Of a DNA stretch of 64,000 nt, positions 42,021 through 53,194 are shown one piece after another; the stretch's first letter is position 1, and each line of letters starts with the position of its first letter. Both the position numbers and the translations under genes were made by a program. The notes beneath the pieces were generated by a model. The model was not told the DNA's origin, did no database searches, and saw only the letters and a program-made list of their open reading frames with translations. Origin of the DNA: Camelus dromedarius (lineage: Eukaryota); contig NC_087437.1 in assembly GCF_036321535.1 (NCBI RefSeq), positions 42,162,001 through 42,226,000 of the forward strand. Direction: 5' to 3'.

Positions 42021-44622
42021 GATTTAAAATTTTTTTCAATTGAAGCATAGTCAGTTTACAATGTTGTGTTAATTTTTTGAGTATAAAGATGTTTTTACTT
42101 AAGTATAGTTGATGTATAGCATAAAAGTCACAGTGTACAATATAGTGATTCAGAATTGTTAAAGGTTATACTCCATTTACAGTTATTATAAAATATTTGC
42201 TATATTCCATGTGTTGTACAATGTATCCTTGTAGCTTATTTTATACCCAGTAGTTTGTACCCCTTAATCCCCTGCCCCTATATTGCCTCTCCCCCTCTCC
42301 TCTCTTCACTGGTAACCACTAATTTATTCTCTATATCTGAGTCTTTTGTTGTTATAGTCACTAGCTTGTTCTATTTCTTAGATTCCACATAAGGGATATT
42401 ATATAGTATTTGTCTTTCTGTCTAACTCATTTAGCTTAGCATAAATACCCTCCAAGTCCATCCATGTTGTTGCAAATAGCAAAATTTCATTCTTTTTCAT
42501 GGCTGAGTAGTATACCATTGTATATATCTACACCACATCTTTATCCATTCACCTGTTAATACACGCTTAGGTTGTTTCCATGTCTTGGCAATTGTAAATA
42601 ATGCTACTATGAACATTGGGGTGCATGTGTCTTTTCAAATTAGTGTATTTTTTATTGGTGGGGTTGGGGGGATATATATACAGGAGTGAAATTACTGGGT
42701 CATATGATAGTTCTATTTTTAGTTTGAGACACCTGCATACTGTTTCCCAGTGGCTAGACCAATTTACACTCCCACCAACAATGTAGAAAAGTTCACTTTT
42801 CTCCACATCCACGCCAACATTTGTTATTTGTGTCTTTTATAATAGCCATTCTGATAGTTATGAGGTGATACTTCATTGTGGTTTTGATTTGCATTTCCTT
42901 GATGGACAAAGATGTTGAGTATCTCTTCATGTGCCTGTTGGCCATCTGCATGTCCTCTTTGGGAAAATGTCTATTCAAGTCTTTTCATTTTTTAATTGGA
43001 GTGTTTTTTTGATGTTGAGTTGTATAAGCTGTTTATATATTTTGGATATTAACCCCTTACTGATATAGATTTTGCAATTATTTTCTCCCATTCAGTATGT
43101 TGTCTTTTCTTTTTGTCAATGGTTTCCTTTGTTGTACAAAAGCTTTTAAGTTTAATTAGGTCCCATTTGTATATTTTTGCTTTTCTTTCCTTTGCTTCAG
43201 GAGACAGATAAAAAATATTGCTATGATTTATGTCAGAATGTTCTACCTATGTTTTTCACTAAGAGTTTTATGATTTCAGATCTTATATTTAGGTCTTTAC
43301 TCCATTTTGATTTTATTTTTGTATATGATGTTACAGAATGTTCTAATTTCATTCTTTTACATGTAGCTGTCCAGCTTTCCCAATACCACTGTTGAAGGGT
43401 TGTCCTTTCCCCATTGTATGTTTTTGCACCTCTGTCATAGATAAACCCATGAACTTATGGTCAGTTAATTTCTGGGTTCTCTATTCTTTCCATTGATCTA
43501 TGTGTCTGTTTTTGTGCTAGTACTATACTGTTTTGATTACTGTAACTTAATATAGGCTGAACTCAAGGAGCGTGATTTCTCCAGCTCTGCTTTTTCACAA
43601 GGTGGTTTTGGCTATTGGAGTTTCCATACAAATTTAATTACTTGTTCTAGCTCTGTGAAAAAAATGCCCTTGGTACTTTGATAGGGACTGCATTGACTCT
43701 GTAGATTCCCTTGGGTAGTATGGTCATTTTAATATTAATTCTTCCAATACAAAAATATGGCATATCCTTCCATCTTTTTGGGTCATCTTCAGTTTCATCA
43801 GTGTCTTCATTTTCCGAGTAAGATCTTTTACCTCTTTAGGTAGATTTATTCCTAGGTATTTTATTCTTTTTGATGTGATGGTAAATAGGATTGTTAATTT
43901 CTCTTTCTCATAGTTTGTCGTTACTGTATAGAAATGCAACCGATTTTGGTATGTTAATTTTGTATCCTACAACTTTACTGAATTCAGGCTAATAAGCTAG
44001 AGGGAAGATTCTACAATGGCACCCACCATCACCCATATCCATGTGGTATAATGAGTTCCCAAGAATAGCTCTCACTAGTACCCATGTCCCAGGGTGAGCT
44101 GTCATTTCCTGCTGCCTCTCTGGGAGACTCTTTAAGACCAGCATGAAGGTCTGACCCAGGCTCCTATCCATTTGCCTCTTCTGCTGTGTATTTTAGAGTG
44201 TGTAAGATTTTGTGTGCACCCTTTATGAGCGAAATCTCTATTTCCTTCAGCTCTCTGGGACTCCCAAAATTAAGCTTCACTGGCCTTCGAAGCCAAATGC
44301 TCTAGGCACTCATCTTTCTAGTGCTGGAACCCAGGGTAGGGGCTCAGACCTCTCACTTCTGTGAGAGAACCTCTGCAATGTAATTATTTCCAGTTTATGG
44401 GTCGCCCACTCCAGGGGTAGACAACTTGACTGTATCACAAATTCATCCCTCCTATTCATCTCATTGTGGCTGCTTCTTTACATCTTTAGTTGTACAAGAT
44501 CTTTTCTGGTAGGTTCTGGCCTTTTGCGTCAATGGTTGTTCTGCAAATATTTGTGATTCTGGTGTGCTATTGAGAGGAAGTGAGCTCGGTGTCTTTCTAC
44601 TCTGCCACCTTGGTGGATCTCT
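42021..44622 (-). mobile_element. Nested antisense L1: 5'UTR joined directly to the 3' part of ORF2
   Basis: Minus ORFs 42567..42812, 42793..42978 and 43724..43939 are ORF2 C-terminal pieces. 43987-44622 is the reverse complement of an L1 5'UTR (agagatccaccaaggtggcagagtagaaagacaccgagctca). Confidence 0.85.
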
Positions 44623-47600
44623 ACTAAGACGACTTTTCTTAACATTCTATTTCAAACATAGAATGTACTTCAAACAAACTAAACTGAAAATGAGGCAAGG
44701 AGCAAAGACATGTAGTTGGGAGCCAGTGGTCAGGTCCTCCTTATTTCTATCTTATCTAGTCATGTAGAGACTTTAGAAAACAGAAGCTCCACCAAAAAAT
44801 AAAGAACATGGTCTTCAGACAAAATAGATATTCAGAACAAAGACCATAAAGAAAGACAAAGAAGGACACTATATGATGATAAAGGGATCAGTACAAGAAG
44901 AGGATACCATACTCATTAACATATACACCCAATTTAGGGGCACCTAACTATAAAATACTGACAAAGGGATAAATTGACAGGAATACAGTAGTAGGATACT
45001 TCAGCATCCCACTGACATCAATAGACAGATCATCCAATCAGAAAAACAGTAAGGAAGCAATCCTAAATGACACAGCAGACCAGTTGGACTAAATCGGTAT
45101 CTACAGGACACTACATCCAAAAAACTCAGAGTATACATTCTTTTTGAGAACACATAGAACATTCTCTAGGATAGATCACATACTATGTCAGAAAACAAGC
45201 CTCAATAAATATGAGGATATTATTTCAAGCATCTTTTCTGACCACATAGTATAAAACTAGAAATCAACCACAAAGAAAAATGGGAAAACCACCACATGGA
45301 GACTGACAACATGCTACAAAAACAAAAACAAAAATTCCCCCCTAAAACCCAAAAAACAAAAACAATGGGTCAACGATGAACTCAAAGAAATCAGGAAATA
45401 CCTCGAGATAAATGACAATGAAAACACAAGCTTATGAAATCTATGGGATGCAATATAAGCCGTTTTAAGAGGGAAGTTCACAGAGATATATGGGCTTTCC
45501 CCAAGAAGAAAAATATGAAACAACCTAACCTACCACACAGAGGAATAAGAACAAACAAAATCCAAAGTCAAGAGGGAGGAGGAAATACAATAGAGATAAA
45601 AAATAGACAAGAACAAGACCACAAGCTAGTTTTTTTTTTTTTTTTAAAGATAAACAAGATTGACAGACCTCTAGCCAGGCTCACCAAGAAGAGGACACAA
45701 ATAAAGTAAGAAATGAAAGAGGAGAAACAACAGCTAATACCATAGAAATACAAAAATCATAGAAGAATTCTATGAACAGTTTTATGCCAACAAGTTGGAC
45801 AACCTAGAAGAAATGGGCAAGTTTCTAGAAACATACAGCCTGCCAAAACTGAATAAAAAAGAAACAGATAATTTGAACAGACTGATCACTAGAAGTGAGA
45901 TAGAATCTGTAATTAAAAAACAAAACAACTCCCTGTAAATAAAAGTCTCGGACCAGATTGGCTTTACTAGGGAATTCTATCAAATGTAGAGAGAAGAGCT
46001 TGTATCTATCCTATCTATCCTTCTCAAACTATTCCAAAAAAAAAAAAAAACTCCCAAATTTCATCCTATGATGCCACCATCACCCTGATATAAAAACCAG
46101 AGAAAGGTACTACAGACAAAGAAGATCACAAGCCAATATCTTCGATGAATATAGATGCAAAAATTCTCAAAATATTAGCAAACCAAATCTAAAAATACAC
46201 GAAGAGAATCATATACCATGATCAAGTTGGATTCATTCCAGGGTTGCAAGGATGGTTCAACATATGCAAAAAATCAACATGATACACCACATTAAGTAAA
46301 AACAAAAACCACATGATCATCTCAATAGATGCAGAAAAAGCATTTGACAAAATTAAAAAACAAAGTGGGTCAAGAGGTAACATCAACATAAAATCCATTA
46401 TAAGACAAACCCACAGACAAACTAATACTCAACGGTGAAAAGCTGAAAGCCTTCCCACTAAATTCAGGAACAAGACAAGGATGCCCACTCTTACGACTTT
46501 TATTCAACATGGTATTCTAAATTCTAGCCACTGCAATAATAAAAGGTAACCAAATTGGAAGGGAAGAGCTAAAACTCACCATTTGCTGATGACATGATTC
46601 TCTATAGAGAGAGCCCTAAAGTCATACAAAAAACTTTTAGAATAGATGAATTCAGTGAGGCAGCAGGACACAAGATTAGTATACAGAAATCTGTTGCTTT
46701 TTTTTTTAAACACTAACAATGAACTATTAGAAAGTAAAAAAAAATAAAAAGAGTCCATTTAAAATCACATTAAAACAAAACAAAACAAAACCTAGGAATA
46801 AACTTAACCAAGGAAATGAAAGACACATACACATTGAGAAGTATAAAACATCAATAAAGGAAATCGAATATGATTCAAAGAAACAGATGTCTATCCCATG
46901 CTCTTGGATTGGAAGAATTTAACATGGTCATTTTAACATTTAACATTTAATACTATCCAAAGGTCATTTTAACAATACTGTCCAAAGCAATCTACAGATA
47001 GTGTAATTCCTAACCAAAACACCCATGACATTTTTCACAGAACTAGAATAATTCTAAAATTTATATGGAACCACAGAAGACCCAGAATTGCCAAAGCAAT
47101 CCCAAGGAAAAACAAAGCTGGAGGCGTAACCCCTGTAGACTTTGGACTATACTGCAAAGCTACAGTGATCAAGACAATGTGGAATTGACACAAAAACAGA
47201 CATAGATCAATGGAACAGAAATAGAGACCAGAAATAAACCCACACATCTATACTCAGTCTATGACAAAGGAGTTAAGCATATCCAATGGAGAAAAGACAG
47301 TTTCTCTAACAAGCGGTGTTGGGAAAGCTGGACAGCTAAACGGAAATCAATGAAATTAGAATACTCCTTCATACCTTATACAAAAATAAATTCAAAATGG
47401 TTTAAAGACCTAAATATAAGACATGGCACCATAGAATTCCTAGACAGGAACATAGGAAAAACATTCTGATATAAATTGTAGCAGTATTTTCTTAGGTCAG
47501 TCTCCTAAGGCAAAGGAAATAAAAGCAAAAATAAAAACAAATGGAACCAAATCAAGTTTAAGCTTTTGCACAGCAAAGGAAACCATGAAGAGAAAACTTA

Positions 47601-47751
47601 CGGATTAAGAGAAAATATTTGCAAACGATGTGATCAACAAGGGGATAATATCTAAAATACATCAACAGCTTACACAACTCAATAGCAAAAAAAATAAATC
47701 AAAAAATGAGCAGAAGACCTAATTCAACATTTTTCTAAAGAAGACATACAG

Positions 47752-47895
47752 TGGGAGGGGGTATAGCTCAGTGGTAGAGCACATGCTTAGTCTGAAGGAG
47801 GTCTTGGGTTCAATCTCCAGTACCTCTATCAAAATAAATAAACAAACAAACAAATAAACAAACCTAATTACCTGCCCCCTCAAAAGAAATGGGAA
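47752..47895 (+). mobile_element. Camelid tRNA-derived SINE (Vic-1-like)
   Basis: gggagggggtatagctcagtggtagagcacatgcttag..ggttcaatctccagtacctc..cctaattacctgcccc. Confidence 0.9.
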
Positions 47896-47899
47896 AAAA

Positions 47900-49793
47900 A
47901 AGACAGCTCGCAACTCCAACAAAGCTACAACTGACTGCTAAACAACCATCAGAAGAAAGACTGGAACCTAGCAAACCTTCAACTGGAAACATAAAGAGGG
48001 AGCCACAACAGGACAGTAGGAGGGACGTGCTTGTGATATAATTGGGCCCCATACTCCCCAGATGGCCGACCCACAAGCTGAAGAATAATTAAGTCGCAGA
48101 GGCCCTCCCACAGGAGTGAGAATTCTGAGCCCCACGTCAGGCTCCCCAGCCCAGGGTTCCAGCACCAAGGGGAGGAGGAAACCCCAGGACATCTGGCTTG
48201 GAAGGCCAGCAGGGCTTAGCTCCAGGAGCCCCACGGGGCTGGGGGGAACAGAGAATTCTGGGAAGCATACACAGAATCTCGCATGAACCAGGTCCAAGTG
48301 CAGAGGCAGTGATTTCATAGGAACCTGGGCCAGGCCTGCCTGCTCATTTTGGAGAGTCTCCTGGGGCCGTAGGGGATGGCTGTGGCTCACCCAGGGGACA
48401 TAAAAGCTGGTGGCGGACATTCCAGGAGTGTTCATCTACATCAGCTTTCCTGGAGGCTGACATCTTGATTTGATCATTAGCACCAAGACCCAGCCCCACC
48501 CATCAGCAGACCTCCTGAGCCACAAAGGCCTCTAAACGTGGCCCTACCCACCAGAGGTCCAGGACCAAGCTTCACCCAGCAGAGGCCAGGAACTAGCTCC
48601 TCCTGCCAGGAAACCTGTGTAAGCCTCTAGCCCAGCCTCATCCACTGGGGCAGAGACCAAAAATAAGAAAACAACAATCCTAAAGCCTGTGGAAGGAACC
48701 CACAAACACAGGCCAGACTCCACACTGGGACCAGCTGGACCCTGGACCTGGGGTGATGAGAGGAGTGCACTGCTGGGACGCATAGGATGTCTCCCACAGA
48801 GGGCCACCTCTCCAAGGTCAAGAAACATAACCTACGAAAAATACAAATAGAAAGATAAACAATATGAGGCAGCAGAGGAATATCTCCCAGGCCAAAGCAC
48901 AAGATAAACTCCCAGAAGAAATAAGTGATGAATTAGGCAATTTATCTGAGAAAGAGTTTAAAGTAACGATGGCCAAGATGTTCAGAGAACTCAAGAGGAG
49001 TATAGATGCACAGAGCGAAGTTTTTAGCATAGAGTTGGAAAATATAAAGAATACCTAAACAGAGTTGAAGAATAAAGTCAATGAAATGAATAACACATTA
49101 GAAGGAACCAAGAATAGACTAAATGAGGTAGAAGAATGGATCAGCGAGCTAGAAGACAGATTAGTGGAAATCACTACTGCAGAACAGAAAAAAGAAAAAA
49201 GAGTGAAAAGAAATGAGGATAGTTTAAGAGAACTCTGGGACAACATGAAGTACTCTAATATTCACATTATAGGGGTCCCAGAAAGAGGAGAGAGAAAGAA
49301 CCTGAGAAAATTTTTGGAGAGATAATAACTGAAAACTTCCCCAACTTGGGAAAGGAAACAGTCACCCAGGTCCAGGAAGCTCAGACAGTTTCACACAGGA
49401 TAAACCCAAAGAGAAACACACCAAGGCACATAGTCATCAAATTGACAAAAATTAAGGATAAGGAGAAAATATTAAAATTAGCAAGAGAAAAGCAACAAAT
49501 AACATACAAAGGAACTCCCATAACGTTATCAGCTGATTTTTCAGCAAAAAATTTACAGGCCAGAAGGGAGTGGCATGATACAGTTAAAGTGATGAAAGGG
49601 AAAAATTCAGAACGAAGAATACTCTATCTAGCAAGGCCCTCGTTCAGATTTGATGGAGAAATCAAAAGCTTCACAGATAAAAGCTAAAAGAATTCAGCAC
49701 CATAACCAGCTTTACAACAAATATTAAAGGAACTTCTCTAGTCATCAAACCATGTGAAAAGAGAACAAAAAGAAGAAAGAGAAAAAAAGACCT
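47900..49793 (+). mobile_element. Nested L1 5' half: 5'UTR plus disrupted ORF1
   Basis: ORF1p is spread over ORFs 48864..49058, 49065..49325 and 49346..49687 (EERISELEDR-like coiled coil; RINPKRNTPRHIVIKL; LSADFS..LQARREW). ORF1 end ctctag at ~49741. Confidence 0.9.
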
Positions 49794-50330
49794 ATTGCTT
49801 TGGCTGTTCAGGGTCTTTCGTGGTTCCATATAAATTTCGGAATTGTTTTGTTCTAGTTCTGCAAAGAATGTCGTGAGTATTTTGACGGGGGCTGCACTGG
49901 ATATGTGGATTGCTTTGGGTAGTGCGGCTGTTTTGATAGTGTTGGTTCTTCCAATCCAAGAGCACAGGACATCTTTCCATTTCTTTGCATCATCTTCAAT
50001 TTCCTTCATCAGTGTTTTACAGTTTTTGGAGTATAGGTAACTTCCTTGGCTAAGTTTATTTCTAGGTATTTTGTTGTTTTTGATGAAATGGAAATGTTTA
50101 TGCCAGTTATAAAATTCTGGTTTTTGAAGTAAAAAAAAAAAGTGAATGAAGGGCCACAAATGGCAAAATACCCTTCTTTCTTATGGGTGAGTTGTATTCC
50201 ATTACATATATATGCTGCATCTTTATCCATTCATCTAATGATCTGCATTTAGGATGCTTCTATATCTTGGCAATTATAAATAGCATTACTGTTAATAGCA
50301 GAGTGTATGTATTTTTTTAAATTAATTCTT
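49794..50330 (-). mobile_element. Antisense L1 ORF2 and 3' fragments
   Basis: Minus ORF 49671..50159 contains KTLMKEIEDDAKKWKDVLCSWIGR (ORF2); 50155-50320 is an antisense L1 3' piece. Confidence 0.8.
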
Positions 50331-52364
50331 ATTTTGTGGTTTGCTTTATTCCTTTGATAAGTATGTAAGTTAAAAAAGCTAAAGCTCTAAACATTCTTAG
50401 AAATAATGAATAGTACATACATGTAAATTTTAAAAATATGTGCAGTATATTGTGTGTATGTATTTACACGCAATATACTGTGTATGTGCAGTCAAAGTGC
50501 AGCAATTCTATCTAATAAAACTGAAAAATGAAAAGGAAAAGAAAAAAAGAAGACATACAGATGGCCAAGAGGCACGTGAAATGATGCTCAACATGGCAAA
50601 ATAAAGTAATGCAAATTAAAACCACAATATCACCTCACACCAGTCAGAATGGTTATTAAAAAAATCTACAAATAAATGTTGGAGAAGGTGTGGAGAAAAG
50701 GGAACCCTCCTACACTGTTGGTGGCAATGTAAATTGGGGCAGCCATTATGAAAAATAGTATGGAGGTATCCTGAAAAACTAATAGTTACCAGATGATTCA
50801 GCAATCCCACTCCTGGATACACAACCAGAAAAGACTAAAATGCTAACTCAAAAAGTTACATACACCCTAATGTTCATAGCAGAACTATTTATAATAGCCA
50901 AGACATGGATACAACTCAAGTGCCCATCAACAGATGACTGGCTTAAGATGTGGTATATGAGCACAATGGAATATTACTCAGCCATAAAGAATTAATCGCC
51001 ATATGTAGCAGCACAGATGGAACTAGAGAATATTATATTTAGTGAAGTCAGATAGAGAAAGTCAAGTATCATATGCTATCACTCATATGTGAAATCTAAA
51101 AAATTACAGGTGAATCCATATACATAACAGAAACAGACTCATTGACAGAGAACTTATGGATGCTAAAAGAGGAAAGGGAAGGGAGGGATAAATTAGGACA
51201 GTGGGGTTAATAGATAAAACCTACTATACATAGAACAGGTAAGAAACAAGGGTTTACTGTATAACACAGAGAACTATATTCAGTATCTTATAGTAACCTA
51301 TAGTGGAAAATAACCTGAAAAAATGTATAGCTGAATCATTTTGCTGTACACCTGAAACTAACACAATATTGTTAATCAACCATACTTCAATAAAAGTATA
51401 GAAAAGAGTAAACATGTGAAACCAAGGGTATAAAGGAAAAGGAAATGCAGGAATGGGTTCTGAAGATATTATCTTTGGAAGGCCAAGGGAGCTTGCTGAG
51501 CCATCCCATAGGTTCTTACTAGGTTTTCCCAGAGAAGCCTTGATCTTCAGGAAAAGGACCTATTCACCCATGTGCTTGCCCTTCCTGCAGTTTTTAGCTG
51601 TGTAGCAAAGTCAAGTCTTTCAGGATAAAGCCCTGGGATTTTCTTTCACTGTGTCAAGCAGATTTGTCATGAGAACCTTCAACACATCTTTCTGGATTTG
51701 CTTATTCAGCTAGAGAGGAATTGTGGTCATTTGTTACAGCAGCAGTAGAATATACAGTATTTTACAAAGAATGTTTGTATAACCTTGGGAGGGGTGAGGT
51801 GGTTATGGTAAAAAGGAACCCAAAAGCTAGAAAGGAAAAAGTTGACACAATTAAAAATAGAGAAAATGCAAAATATCACTGACTAAAGGTTAAAATCTCT
51901 AATATGCAAAAACTCCTATTCATTAATAAGAACAAAAACAATGCAATTTAAAAAACAGACAAAGCCAATAAATGGGCTGTTTATAGAGGAAATGTAAATT
52001 GCAAATATCATAGGGAACGATGTTCAGCCTTGGTACATGCTAGGAAAATTGAAGTAATGAAACATGTGACCCTTTTGCAAAAATTTAAAAGATCATTTTC
52101 TTACACTGGAGAAAGTATGTGGAAATAATCACATCTCTCTCTGGGAAGACTGCTACTTTTTGGAAATTTTTGGAAGTATTTAAATTTAAAATGAACATAC
52201 ACTTTGACTAAGCAGTCTTTATTTAGAAATCTAAAGAAATGAAATGAACTTTTATGTAAGCATTATTTTAATGCTGCTTATTACAGGAAATTTTAAATAT
52301 CTCAGTAGTTAGCCCATAATATGAAAGCTTTGCTCTTAAGGTCTATTAAAATGAGTTATCCATT

Positions 52365-52584
52365 GATTTAAGGAAGTTAAAGATGACTTAAAGTAATGGA
52401 AAGATATCCCATGCTCTTAGATTAGAAGAATCAATATTGTTAAAATGGCCATAAATACCCAAGGCAATCTACAGATTTAATGTGATTCCTATCAAATTAC
52501 CTATGACATTTTTCACAGAACTAGAACAAATAGTCCTAAAATTATATGGAATCACAAGACTCAGAATTGCCAGAGCAATACTGA

Positions 52585-52615
<31 letters not shown>

Positions 52616-53150
52616 AAGCTGAAGGAATAACCCTCCCAGACTTCAGACGATACTACAGAGATACAGTCATCAAAAGAGGATTCTGGGCCATGGGAAAGAA
52701 CACCTGAAGAACGTGGAAACACTCAACCACAAAATGGAATAAAATAATGCCATTTGCAACGTGGATGGACCTAGAGATCATCGTTCTAAGTGAAGTAAGC
52801 CAGAAAGAGAAAGAAAAATACCATATATCACTCATATGTGGAATCTAAAAACGAAAAAAAGAGGACACTAATGAACTCATCTACAAAACAACAAGGCTCA
52901 CAGACAATAAAAAATCTTATGGTTACTCAAGGAAAGGGTTAAATGTTAGCCATTAAATATGAAATAGATTTAAAAAAAACAAATTTCTTCTGTATAGCAC
53001 AGAAAACTATATTCAATACCTTGTAATATCCTTTAATGAAAAAGAATATGAAAACAAATATATGTATGTATATGCATGACTGGGATATTGTGCTGTACAC
53101 CAGAAACTGACACATTGTAACTGACTGTACTTTAATTTAAAAAATAAAAT
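52365..53150 (+). mobile_element. Internally deleted L1 (ORF2 piece, linker, 3' end)
   Basis: The ORF2 segment tggaaagatatcccatgctc..tacagtcatcaaaa is joined through a non-colinear linker to aataatgccatttgcaac..; the 3'UTR ends ctgactgtactttaatttaaaaaataaaa. Confidence 0.85.
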
Positions 53151-53194
53151 GAACAGAAAGTGGTTTTGGATACCCCCTCCAAAAAAATGAGTTA

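Larger units (their letters stand above)
38931..51395 (+). mobile_element. Full-length degraded L1 (host), interrupted by two nested inserts
   Basis: 5'UTR starts ggaggaggatcgagatggcagagtaagagg..gctcacctc. ORF1 remnants (40834..41103: ENIFKETMAENFP..EAQRVPNKMNP); ORF2 ATG at 41779. ORF2 resumes at 44819 and at 50561; the 3'UTR ends cttcaataaaa. Host segments sum to ~6.9 kb. Confidence 0.88.

Noticed and set aside
48864..49741. ORF1-like reading frames as an intact or domesticated gene
   Set aside because: Broken by stops and frameshifts into three ORFs.
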